A stretch of DNA of 64,000 bases from Octopus bimaculoides (taxonomy: Eukaryota): positions 9,609,540-9,673,539 of the forward strand of contig NC_068982.1 in the NCBI RefSeq assembly GCF_001194135.2. The letters run 5' to 3'. Below, piece after piece: positions 1 to 11,339 of this stretch. The notes beneath the pieces were generated by a model, which did no database searches, had not been told where the DNA came from, and saw nothing but the letters and a program-made list of their open reading frames with translations. The first letter of the stretch is position 1, and the number at the start of each line of letters is the position of its first letter. The translations under genes were made by a program, and so were the position numbers.

Positions 1-54
1 TCATCACGTGTCTTGGGGAAATTTTGAACTTGAGTTCTCATTCCTAAGGTATTT
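1..54 (-). mobile_element. Partial copy of the hammerhead-bearing Penelope-like module (module B), cut by the window start
   Basis: Reverse complement matches AAATACCTTAGGAATGAGAAC...TTCCCCAAGACAC-TGATGA at 519-571. Confidence 0.75.
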
Positions 55-226
55 CGTCTGCCGTTACGTTCTGAGTTCAAATTCAGCCGCGGTCGACTTT
101 GCTTTTCATCCTTTCGGGGTTGATTAAATAAGTACCAGTTATGCACTGGGGTCGATGTAATCGATTTAAATCTTCTTTGCGTCCTTGTTTGTCCCCTCTA
201 TGTTTGGCCCTTTGTGGGCAATAAAG
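48..226 (+). mobile_element. tRNA-derived SINE family A (Meta-domain-like core), 5'-truncated
   Basis: B-box-like GAGTTCAAATTC, core GTCGACTTTGCTTTTCATCCTTTCGGGG..AAGTACCAGTT..CTGGGGTCGAT, tail GGGCAATAAAGAAAT; more than 15 related copies in the window. Confidence 0.9.
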
Positions 227-230
227 AAAT

Positions 231-281
231 TGGGGTTAGTAGCCCGCGCTCTTAACTACTACGCCATATACCCGTGGGCAA
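231..281 (-). mobile_element. tRNA-like head (module C), truncated
   Basis: Reverse complement TGCCCACGGGTATATGGCGTAGTAGTTAAGAGCGCGGGCTACTAACCCC, same head as at 401-480. Confidence 0.8.
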
Positions 282-400
282 TTATGAAGTGAATTTTAGG
301 GTTTATAAGTCTAATATTTTCCTATCCTTCCTTAATACAGGTTCCCATATGCTACTCATATCCGCTTTGAGATTTATAAGCCCTAAAATTCACTCCATAA

Positions 401-707
401 TTGCCCACGGGTATTTGGCGTTGTGGTTTAAAATCGCGGGCTACTAACCCCAAGATTCCGAGTTCGATTCCAGGCAGTGATCTGAATAATATTAATAATA
501 ATGATAATGACATCAAAAAATACCTTAGGAATGAGAACCCAAGTTCGAAATTTCCCCAAGACACCTGATGAAGGCTGGAGGGTATATCAGCTGAAACGTT
601 GTGTTGGCAACAAACAAGATGAGAACAAATATCTGTCAAATGTAAATAATGTAAATAATGTAAATAATGTACATAATTCCTCATCTCTCAAATACAGAAC
701 TGTATAA
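401..707 (+). mobile_element. Composite element: tRNA-like head C + (AAT)n + Penelope-like module B + (GTAAATAAT)n tail
   Basis: A-box-like TGGCGTTGTGG, B-box GAGTTCGATTC, AAT repeats, then module B; same architecture at 13485-13763 and 59650-59973. Confidence 0.85.
560..605 (+). ncRNA. Candidate minimal type I hammerhead ribozyme
   Basis: Helix I GACAC/GTGTT, core CTGATGA (565-571), extra A, helix II GGCTG/CAGCT, GAAA (593-596), palindromic AACGTT, putative GUU cleavage site. Confidence 0.55.
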
Positions 708-959
708 TCTTGAAAAGGCTTTGCTTAAGGTGACACAGAGAACTCTCTGCAGTTGATAACCTGCAATAAAAAGAAGTCAAATTCATTTAAAATAATGAGC
801 CATTATTATACTAAAAGATACTTTATTCAAGTTCGTCTTTAATGTGCAAGAAAGGGTTAAACTACAAAAATTCTTCCTAAAATTTATTGTTTTCTGAAAT
901 TATATATATTTAGAGCATGAAAATTTTATTAATCGCTCTGGCAAGATCTATTCCTATAG

Positions 960-2760
960 TATTCGGATAACTGAGCACTGGAAAATTTCAGTGAAAATAC
1001 TGTCTGTATATTTGAAGCAGCCTGTATTGTTTCTAGCAGAGCAGCATGCAATTGTCTATGCACAAATATATCAGCTACGAAGTATGTGTGTGTTGTAGTC
1101 AACGATTGATTTAGAGAAAAATTGATTGTCATTGCGAAAGTCACTCGAACCGGAAACTGTAATCGGGAAAGGGTGAAGTGCTAAGTAATGTTGCGGCAAA
1201 ATGATATATACTGTGTAATGTTCACATACTGGAACAATGTTGCCTTCAGTCACGCGTTCACGTAAATGGACTGTTTGAATTCTTGCTCCCTTGAAATATC
1301 TACTTGTCATATTTATATTTCCTAACCGCAATACAACAGACCCTCTTCACAAAGTAAAGTATACAGGGCAGTCCACCATCGATACAACTGTTTAGGAACA
1401 TCATTAGAGAAGTGTACAAATTGTCTTAATCTTCGAAGGAATCAATAACTTTGTAACTCTTTCTTCAAAAATGTTGACGCTCTTCTAATTTATAGAATAA
1501 AAAAGAACATTTGGTATTGGATAAAGCTGGTAATTTTGGAGACTAAGCTGTTGGGAAAATTGACCTGATATTATTTCACTTTCATTTGATACGACCTCAG
1601 CACCATTTGAAAGCTCATCGTTGCCATCAAATTCAATTTGTTTATTTCCTTCACCGAACACAAAGTAAAAAGATTAATAGACACGTTACCCTTGATTCTG
1701 TGGGCGAAAATTCCTTATCAGTTTCAGATCCATCATTCCTTTAAAAATGATAAATGCTTCCTAGATCTTCACGATAGCAACTCTGCTAGATTTCATTTTG
1801 TTCGTCAACAATTGCCTTCATATACTAAGATCTTGCCTCCAAAAGTTAAACCATTTTACACGCAAAATTCAAATCAATTTTACATGCCAACAGATGAAGT
1901 AAATGTCTCAAACTATTCTTGTTGATATCAATGATGCAAGCACATTTCCCGTCAGCTGAAATAGGAATTTAGAATTTTGAATGAGTGATACAAGTAATTT
2001 TGTAAGACAGGGCATTGAGAACTTGATAATCCAAACAAGCTTCCAGGACCATTTGTCAAGAACGGAATGAAAATTGGGTTGTTGATCCAATAAGGTGTAA
2101 CATTTTTATCAAGTCTCTTAAGGCAATGCTTCTTTTAGACTATTAGCTTCAGTTTTCTGCAGGAACATAGAATTTTGAGAGTATCGGGAAATAATTCAAA
2201 AAGTTGCCATGTTGAAGGTAAATACAATTTCGATGACAGAAAGTTTACAAACCTGTGATAACATACTTCTAACTATTCATCATCGACGACGCCATTTTAC
2301 CATTGACAACTTGGGATTTTGAAAGGATCCCAGTTGACCTGAAAATTCTCAAAATAGTAATATTCTTTTCTATTCTAGACACAAGGCCCGGAATTTTGGG
2401 GGAGGCGCTACTCAATTAGATCAACCCCAGAACGCAACTGGTACTTAATTTATCGACCCCGAAAGGATGAAAGGCAAAGTCGACCTCGGCGGAATTTGAA
2501 CTCAGAACGGAACGGCAGACGAAATACCGCTAAGCTCTCCGCCTTCTCAAAACAATAATATTAACAGGAACAAATGTCGAAGTTGAAACACAAAGCATAT
2601 CTCAAAATCACAGATATCACTCTAATTTATCAACTTCAGAAACGGTCAGAATAAAACCCGTCTGTAAAGGTGATTCCTTCTGTTTGGCGTCACTATTCCT
2701 CTGCAATTTTCAGTTTCAAAAATGAGCTTTCCCAATTTTGTGTCGTAAAGTAATACAGAA
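960..2760 (-). mobile_element. Degenerate Helitron PIF1-type helicase region (fossil), interrupted by a SINE
   Basis: Collinear minus-strand motifs with stops/frameshifts: FLTNGPGS (2039-2062, Walker A region), FGGKILV (1823-1843), FLNSCIDGGLP (1366-1398), QFPVRVTFAMTINFSLNQSL (1100-1159), FVHRQLHAAL; compare PFGGK, FLNSL..SGLP, QFP.RLAFAMTINKSQGQSL, FSHGQLYVA. Confidence 0.8.
2362..2543 (-). mobile_element. SINE family A
   Basis: Full core on the minus strand; flanked by imperfect TSD TTCTCAAAATAGTAATATT / TTCTCAAAACAATAATATT. Confidence 0.9.
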
Positions 2761-3164
2761 ATTATATATATCAGAATCTTGAGACCCGACAAATTACATA
2801 TCTGTTTTTTTTGTTTTTTTGTCTCGCCTTCAATTTACAATTTCTGTTGTCTGTTTGTGCAACAGTGATTCCATTATCACGCACTAATTTGTGGGAGTAG
2901 CTAGAATATTCTGACCGGAGGGATTATACACTTTACATAGCGGATTCACTATTAGCCATCTAATTTGGTAAGAATACACATTTAGAAGTGTAGGATAGTA
3001 ATTATGCTTGAACAGATCTGTAGTGTTAGGTGCCCTAAAGTGCTGAACCTTTCCTAATTACATATGAATTTCTTTCGAACGCATTGAGATTCTCAAAATT
3101 CACCTCTGTTCCTAATAAACAAAACAAGTATAGGAAGCTTAGTGCATGTAAACAAACATAACTA

Positions 3165-3327
3165 CCGTAAATCCTCGAGTATAGTCCACCCTTGAGTATA
3201 ATACGCAGGGGATTTTTAGGGGGCTGTACCTCTGAAAAACCTAAACCTTGTGTTTAATACGCACCCCTTCTCTAACTTGAGTCAAGGAGGTCTATATAAC
3301 GTCCTTGGTTTGTAAACGTATATACGG
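3165..3327. mobile_element. pogo/Tigger-like MITE
   Basis: TA-CCGTAAATCCTCGAGTATA...ACGTATATACGG-TA; TA duplication at 3163-3164 and 3328-3329; internal repeated TAATACGCA motif. Confidence 0.6.
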
Positions 3328-4056
3328 TAACGTCCTTTATTATTATTGTATATATAACATAATGCAAACATTTAGCATTTTTGTGCACTTTGTTTGCAGA
3401 AAATAAAGAAATAACAGTAATAACGTCAGTGAAAAATAAATATTAAGTAAATTGCCTTTACATATTTATCACTTGGAAAATTTGGCTTAGAAAATATTTT
3501 TCATTTTTAACCTCGTATNNNNNNNNNNNNNNNNNNNNNNNNNNNNNNNNNNNNNNNNNNNNNNNNNNNNNNNNNNNNNNNNNNNNNNNNNNNNNNNNNN
3601 NNNNNNNNNNNNNNNNNNNNNNNNNNNNNNNNNNNNNNNNNNNNNNNNNNNNNNNNNNNNNNNNNNNNNNNNNNNNNNNNNNNNNNNNNNNNNNNNNNNN
3701 NNNNNNNNNNNNNNNNNNNNNNNNNNNNNNNNNNNNNNNNNNNNNNNNNNNNNNNNNNNNNNNNNNNNNNNNNNNNNNNNNNNNNNNNNNNNNNNNNNNN
3801 NNNNNNNNNNNNNNNNNNNNNNNNNNNNNNNNNNNNNNNNNNNNNNNNNNNNNNNNNNNNNNNNNNNNNNNNNNNNNNNNNNNNNNNNNNNNNNNNNNNN
3901 NNNNNNNNNNNNNNNNNNNNNNNNNNNNNNNNNNNNNNNNNNNNNNNNNNNNNNNNNNNNNNNNNNNNNNNNNNNNNNNNNNNNNNNNNNNNNNNNNNNN
4001 NNNNNNNNNNNNNNNNNNNNNNNNNNNNNNNNNNNNNNNNNNNNNNNNNNNNNNNN

Positions 4057-4118
<62 letters not shown>

Positions 4119-4807
4119 CGCACACAAGATTCCTATACAAATATGCATATCTACTTACACCTGTATGTATGCATGTTTACATACACACGCATGTATGTCT
4201 GTATATTTATGAATTGAATATATATATGTATGTGCATGCATTTACATTTATTAATTACGTACATACATACATATATATCTACATACGTGTGTGTGTATTT
4301 ATGTAAGTGCGGTCATTTATTCTATGTTTGATATATGCATGTATCTATATTGATACGAAGTACATTTCTCTACCCACTCCTTCACAAACTATTCTTAATA
4401 TTTCCACTACATTTCCAATAAACGGAGTAAACACAGGCGACTGCTGCAGCTAAAGTAATTGGTTAAATTTAAAAGCCCGCGTAAAGCGAAATATACATCA
4501 GTTTTCATGTGAAATGTGTATCTCGTAGGCGTGTACGCTCCCATTTTTCTTCCTGAACAGACCTACCCGTACACATATACCTACATAAGACTACACGCTT
4601 AAAAGCATCCATTACTATTTGGATGCTCTTAGCAGAATTCAAACTGTGCAAGGTTTCAGGCACAGTTATTATGTACAAGGATACACCGTTCTTTCTCCGT
4701 ACCGCAAACGTTCGTCACTGTAGTTTCTTATGGTTGCTCTCACAACTTAAGACATTTACAAACACACATATTCAACATACGCATATAAACATAGATTTAT
4801 ATAGATA

Positions 4808-4858
<51 letters not shown>

Positions 4859-6068
4859 NNNNNNNNNNNNNNNNNNNNNNNNNNNNNNNNNNNNNNNNNN
4901 NNNNNNNNNNNNNNNNNNNNNNNNNNNNNNNNNNNNNNNNNNNNNNNNNNNNNNNNNNNNNNNNNNNNNNNNNNNNNNNNNNNNNNNNNNNNNNNNNNNN
5001 NNNNNNNNNNNNNNNNNNNNNNNNNNNNNNNNNNNNNNNNNNNNNNNNNNNNNNNNNNNNNNNNNNNNNNNNNNNNNNNNNNNNNNNNNNNNNNNNNNNN
5101 NNNNNNNNNNNNNNNNNNNNNNNNNNNNNNNNNNNNNNNNNNNNNNNNNNNNNNNNNNNNNNNNNNNNNNNNNNNNNNNNNNNNNNNNNNNNNNNNNNNN
5201 NNNNNNNNNNNNNNNNNNNNNNNNNNNNNNNNNNNNNNNNNNNNNNNNNNNNNNNNNNNNNNNNNNNNNNNNNNNNNNNNNNNNNNNNNNNNNNNNNNNN
5301 NNNNNNNNNNNNNNNNNNNNNNNNNNNNNNNNNNNNNNNNNNNNNNNNNNNNNNNNNNNNNNNNNNNNNNNNNNNNNNNNNNNNNNNNNNNNNNNNNNNN
5401 NNNNNNNNNNNNNNNNNNNNNNNNNNNNNNNNNNNNNNNNNNNNNNNNNNNNNNNNNNNNNNNNNNNNNNNNNNNNNNNNNNNNNNNNNNNNNNNNNNNN
5501 NNNNNNNNNNNNNNNNNNNNNNNNNNNNNNNNNNNNNNNNNNNNNNNNNNNNNNNNNNNNNNNNNNNNNNNNNNNNNNNNNNNNNNNNNNNNNNNNNNNN
5601 NNNNNNNNNNNNNNNNNNNNNNNNNNNNNNNNNNNNNNNNNNNNNNNNNNNNNNNNNNNNNNNNNNNNNNNNNNNNNNNNNNNNNNNNNNNNNNNNNNNN
5701 NNNNNNNNNNNNNNNNNNNNNNNNNNNNNNNNNNNNNNNNNNNNNNNNNNNNNNNNNNNNNNNNNNNNNNNNNNNNNNNNNNNNNNNNNNNNNNNNNNNN
5801 ATATATATATATAGTTTTAGGGAAAATAACCAAGTTTCAAGAACTCATCGATGAAAATCCACTATCACATATAGAAAAACTAATATATATAGAAGGAGAT
5901 ATATTCAAGAATTTACAAAAACTTGGAGAGGAATAACTGACCTGTCTGTTTGACATTTTCTATCTCGTATTTATTTATATGTATGTGTGTGTACGTGTGT
6001 GTGTGTGTGTGTGTGTGCATGCGCGTGTGTGTTTATGTGTGTATATATATATAGTTAGGTTATATTCT

Positions 6069-6272
6069 TTTTTACTCTAGGCACAAGGCACGAAGCTTTG
6101 GGAGAGGGGGCCAGTCCACTAGATCGACCCCAGTACGCAGCTGGTACTTAATTTATCGACCCCGAAAGGATGAAAGGCAAAGTCGACCTCCGTAGCATTT
6201 GAACCCAGAACGTAAAGACAGGCGAAATACCGTTAAACACTTCACCCGCATGCTAACCGCCAGCTCACCGCC
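6069..6272 (-). mobile_element. SINE family A
   Basis: Full core; TSD TAGTTAGGTTATATTCT / TAGTTAAGTTATATTCT. Confidence 0.92.
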
Positions 6273-7681
6273 TTAGTTAAGTTATATTCTGTTAAGAACG
6301 TATTAGAGTACAGTTTAAAGCTCGTTCTCTCTCAGATTTCATCCGGTATTATCCAGTAGTAGTATTATACGTACTTCCAAGTTTTGTGTTTGCTCATCTG
6401 TCGTGTGTCAATGGATAATTGAACAAGTTGGAGCTAGCAAGAAGAAGTTCAGAGGAACATATATTTGTAATCACTACAATTGTTTCCACGCAACGAAGTT
6501 CTCCAGGTTCATAGGTATTTGATTATGTAATTGTTTCCCCGCATTATGAGATGTTGTGTTTCCTCAGGCGATGTATAAATTTTAACACAACAAAGCTTTA
6601 CATTTTATTTTTGATAATCTGTTTCTGAAAAAGTGAAACCGGTCAAGTCAATAAACATCTCTAAAAGACCTTTGCATTTTCAAACCTTCTTTCATATATA
6701 TATATATATATATATTTATACACATACATACGTACGTATACATACATACATACATATATGTAGAGAGATATACACATGCATGCATGTATGTGTATATATA
6801 TAAACATATATATGCATACATGTATGTAAGTGTATAATTATATTTTATATATCAAACTACAATGATATATAAAGCAAAACATTTGACTGTAATGACATTA
6901 AAGTTTACTACCAAATATAACTAAATGATATATATGTGGAGGTGTGTATAGATAGAGAGATACATAGGTAGACAGAGGTAGATAGAGAGATAGACAGAGG
7001 TAGATAGATAAATAGATATATAGACAAATAGATAGATAAACAGATACATAAATAGAGAGAGAGAGAGAGAGAAATTTGGTCAAATATGTCAAGGTCATTC
7101 TCCAGAGGTACCCGTATTGTATGCATATAGGTATTAGGTGTTTGAATGTGCGCAAATATATAACATCATATACGTAAACTTCAGTAGAAACGCAATGAAT
7201 TGGAACAGTTAAGTGATTTATCGGTTGACCTGTGACTTCATTGTTAGTCAGAATCAAATGCGCGTCACCACATAGAATCAATCAATTTCTCCATTTCGCA
7301 AACTTTATTGTCAAGTAAGTGAAATCTGCACAGGCTGAGGTAGTGTGGGAAATTTATATGTATGTTTAGTCTCTTCATAACTATTTCAATACATCTATGC
7401 GGCAAATAGTCATGCGCAAAGAAGAGATGAAACAGCTTCATCTTCTGAAATCCTGTCCAAAGTTCCATTGATCGTAACCGCCAGACAATCACCGTAATTC
7501 TATCCGCCACATTGGTCTCTATAGTTAACCTGCGATATATATATATATTTATGCGTAACTATGTAGATATAGATATCTATGCATGCATATGTATGTGCGT
7601 CTGTATGTCTGTGTGTATATATACATCTGTATATATGTCTATATGCATTTATGTATATGAATGTATATGCATATGTATGTG

Positions 7682-7740
<59 letters not shown>

Positions 7741-7813
7741 TTATTTATGGGTTTCAGCCAAGTGGCTGCGGTCATGCTGGATATATATATATATATATAT
7801 ATGATTCTCATAT

Positions 7814-7899
7814 AAGAATGTTGTTGACAGTTGAGGCACCATCAGTCAGGTGATGGACTAGCTGGCTCAGACTTCGAAGTCACTGTCAACAACATTCTT
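7814..7899. repeat. 86-bp structured inverted repeat
   Basis: Perfect 18-bp arms AAGAATGTTGTTGACAGT (7814-7831) / ACTGTCAACAACATTCTT (7882-7899) enclosing hairpin CCATCA/TGATGG and palindrome GACTTCGAAGTC. Confidence 0.9.
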
Positions 7900-8059
7900 C
7901 CAGAAGAATAATAAATTTGTACTCTATAAAAGTATAGAGTGAGCCATCAGATTAATATAAAATTATCTACATTATTACTGAACATAAAAACAAACATATA
8001 TATATATATATATACATAAAACCAAACATCCAAACACACACACACATACATGCATTTCG

Positions 8060-8245
8060 CCATGCTGGACCGCTGAAATCTACAAGTTTTTCTCATTCTC
8101 TTTCTGTTTATTTTCTCTTATTCTTTTCTGCTGAAGAGCGTAGGCTCGAAAGGTAAAGGACATTTTTATTTTCTCGAGCGTCAAACTATTACACCTGCTT
8201 GTTGTTCATACACTTATCTTCGTCTTTTGTTTTTCTATAAATTTC

Positions 8246-8270
<25 letters not shown>
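8060..8270 (+). mobile_element. Dispersed repeat with a degenerate hammerhead-like CTGAAGA...GAAA motif (Penelope pLTR-like)
   Basis: CTGAAGA-GCGTAGGCTC-GAAA at 8131-8151 followed by a T-rich tail and (TA)n/(AGAT)n. Confidence 0.4.
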
Positions 8271-8332
<62 letters not shown>

Positions 8333-11300
8333 AATGCATTTCTGTGCAGGAATATATGCATGTGATTATATGACTTTATATATGCATTCATTTATACAAA
8401 TGTAAACGTCATTTAACGTAAAGATCTGTGTTTTGTTTTATGCATATGTAGATATACATCTGTTTGCATACATACACACAATACATTCTAAACCTCTGGG
8501 CTGGGCTGTTTTACATATTCCGCAATGCATTTAATGGCTTGTAGCTAAAATTTTCTAATTAGCCTTGTCCTCTCTGATTTTGTAAAGCCTAGATTCTTTA
8601 CAATGCTGCTGTGACTGCCAATTAAATTAATATTAGCTGGACAACTGACTTTGCACTGTAGTGTACAGATTTTCCACAATTCTTGATTATGACTGGATTG
8701 TTAAACTTGCTTTAAATTAGGCCTTTGATGACTTCTCTACACTATTCATTTTCTCACTTTCATTCGCGCATCCGAAGCAATAAAAACACGTTTTTGCCGA
8801 TGAAAATCATCGGTTCTGTTTTCTAATGTTACTGTTTATTTCTCCAAGAAATCCCGCCAAACAATTTAGTTGCATTTCTTCTCTATTTTAACCTCTCTTG
8901 TGTTAAACTACAAATGCGTATAGTATATACATTACCCTTATTTAAAATGATAAGAAATATGTCGACAAATTAAGGCTGTACTTCTAAAATGAGTCAGTAA
9001 GTGTTTACATTGGACGGGAAACTTGATGTTTAACAAATGTTTTATAGAGGAAGAAAACTTTTAAGGATACAATACCAAACAATAGCCATAAAATTAGGTC
9101 AAGTATACAAGTAGATATTCCGTTAATTCTTGGACAATGTTTTTCATAGATTTGATAAGAAGCTTAACATGTGATGCCTCCTAAGTGAGTGCATTGACAA
9201 TCTAATTAGATATAGATGTAACCTTCCAATAAATATGATAGCCATTTCAACAAAAGCTATGTTAACATGAAAAATTGCTGAAAGAGAATGGTATAACTTC
9301 TGATGGAAAGGATGTCTAGCTAGAAAGGGCTAATTGGAAAAGTTTAAGAGGCGAAATTGCCTGTGCCGATTTAAAATGAGTTCATCACCTACAATTGGAT
9401 TAATGAAGAATGTTAATTATATAGCTTGACCTATATATACTGGATGATCTGAAATGCTAGGTATATTTAGATATATGATACATGCTCAACAAGTTTCGAG
9501 AGCCAAATACCATAATAGCTGCATGAGTGAGAGATTGAGCTAACTCATTGGAAAAAAAGATACTTAGAATTTTAGTATATATATATATATATATATATTT
9601 ATTCAAAGCATTCTTAACATAAACTATCAGTTGTACATTATTGCAAATATATTTCGACAAAATCTCTAGAACCAAGACAACGACTATAAACAGTATCTAA
9701 GAATGCTTCGTGATCTTGGCCTCTGAATACGAAAAATATTCTACACGATGCTTACTCAATGTTCCTTCCACGTCTCTAAAATCTTGGAGAGCTTATGCCT
9801 CTGTCAAGTGAAAAATAATCTGATGTATATCTCAGTAGAAAATGAACCCACCAACCGAGGAAGCAGTCACATGGTTGTTTCAATCTCCAAGGAATACCTG
9901 CCAAATTGGTTTCAAAACCCCATCTTAAAAGTAGCAGGAGATACTGGAAAATGTGTTCCCCCTTTTGACGCACTGTATATAAGAAAACAATACGAAAACA
10001 ACTGTGTCATATTTGGCGATAGATGTGCACATTCAGATTTGAATTGGAGCTAAGCAGCAGTAGCTTCGACGACAGAACCAAAATCCTGCCTGCTTACTTT
10101 TAATTTAATTTTCTTGCAAATAACATCGACGTTTTCCGAAATTATTTTGTGGCTTTCTTTTTTGCATGAATATATTGAATACATTTTGTCACGAGATCAC
10201 GCACAACATTGATATTCTCATAGGATATACATTCGACAAAAAAAATCTATAATAAATCATGAAACTCACCACTGTCATTGCACACCTTCAACAATAACCA
10301 TCAGATGTGTATGTGGGTGTGTTTGTATTTATCATTTGTGCCCAATATCTCTATTCACGGTTGCTGAGCACATTTTTTCACCATTCATTTTTTAAAAAAA
10401 TAACCTGCTTTTCTAACTGCTGTGAAGCTTTTCTAATCTTTTTCTCATTCACATTTATTCTTTTTATCCATCATCTAACCTCTCTCTTTCTATTTCTCTC
10501 TCACACACTCTCTCTCTCTCTCTCTTTCCTCTTCTCTCCCTCTCCCTCTCTCTCTAATATCACCCCTGTCTTCCTCAATACTCAGCCTCCTTCTGTTGCC
10601 AGATCGCCACTTCCCAATTCCGTTCAGGTTGACTACTGATCTTTATTTTACCTTTTTACTTCAACTATTGTGTACACGTATCATCTTACTCTCCGTTGTT
10701 TTACTTTAGGACTCTCTTCGATAATTTTCTTCTGCGCCGTAACTGATGCAATATTATTTTATAGCATTGTTCGATTTTCACCGTAAATGATTAACGCTTA
10801 ATTTAATTTCGTTTTATTTAAAGCAGATTTTTTTTTAATAATCAAATCAATAGTCTTAGCTAGACTTCCACTTCCTGTCCATGCGTTTTCTCCATCTCAG
10901 TCTCTTAGATTCAACTCTATGTTCGACCTTGATTTTGTATCACATCTCTACTGTATTAAATGCCTGAGAACCGTATCCAATATTTGTTGACGCCATTCAT
11001 ACGTGCAGTTTTCCGTAGACATCGAAACTATTAGAATCCATAGCAAGAGAGCAGATGCAGAATAAACTTAAAATCCATTTGTTTGTTTCGTCTGTTGAGT
11101 GTATTTTCTCCTTCATATTTCGTCCTCTCTCTCTCTTTCTCCCTCTCACTTTCTCTCTCTCTAAAACTGTCCAACGAACGGGAACGTGAAACTCTGAGTA
11201 ACAGTTTTTGTGATATTTTTGCTGCTTTTTAACAAAGCATATATATATATATAAGGATACAAAAAATGGGACAAGAACGTGACAGCCGATAACAAAACAT

Positions 11301-11339
11301 CCGGACTGTTGGATGATACAAAAAGAGACATGAAAAATC

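Larger units (their letters stand above)
7150..10050 (+). mobile_element. Degenerate Helitron N-terminal/Rep region (fossil), interrupted by microsatellites and repeats
   Basis: MIHAQQVSRAKYHNSCMSE near 9476-9532 (compare MIHGPCG..N.NSPCM.DG); ENGITSDGKDV (compare PGQT..DRPD); MYIS...EAVTW near 9825-9875 (compare RYIS..EA.WR). Order is collinear; by-eye alignment only. Confidence 0.45.

Noticed and set aside
401-480. tRNA gene calls for the C, F and G heads
   Set aside because: No complete cloverleaf or acceptor stem, and each runs into a repeat body; they are SINE heads
640-680. (GTAAATAAT)n and the 215-bp array as CRISPR-like arrays
   Set aside because: No unique spacers, no cas genes, eukaryotic context
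3458-5936. Long ORFs of 200-437 aa here and at 44.5-45.4, 51.9-52.6 and 62.1-63.3 kb
   Set aside because: They run through N gaps and dinucleotide repeats and are artefacts
8797-8830. Hairpin CCGATGA-AAA-TCATCGG followed by CTAA as a Helitron 3' end
   Set aside because: It lies inside the inferred Rep-region fossil, and a 7-bp stem is expected by chance
9776-9973. Minus-strand PCDCFLGW resembling the Tc1/mariner PCDFFLWG motif
   Set aside because: Isolated motif with no other DDE context; the plus strand fits the Helitron trace better
10970-11060. Possible mariner 5' fragment
   Set aside because: No translatable motif or TIR could be demonstrated
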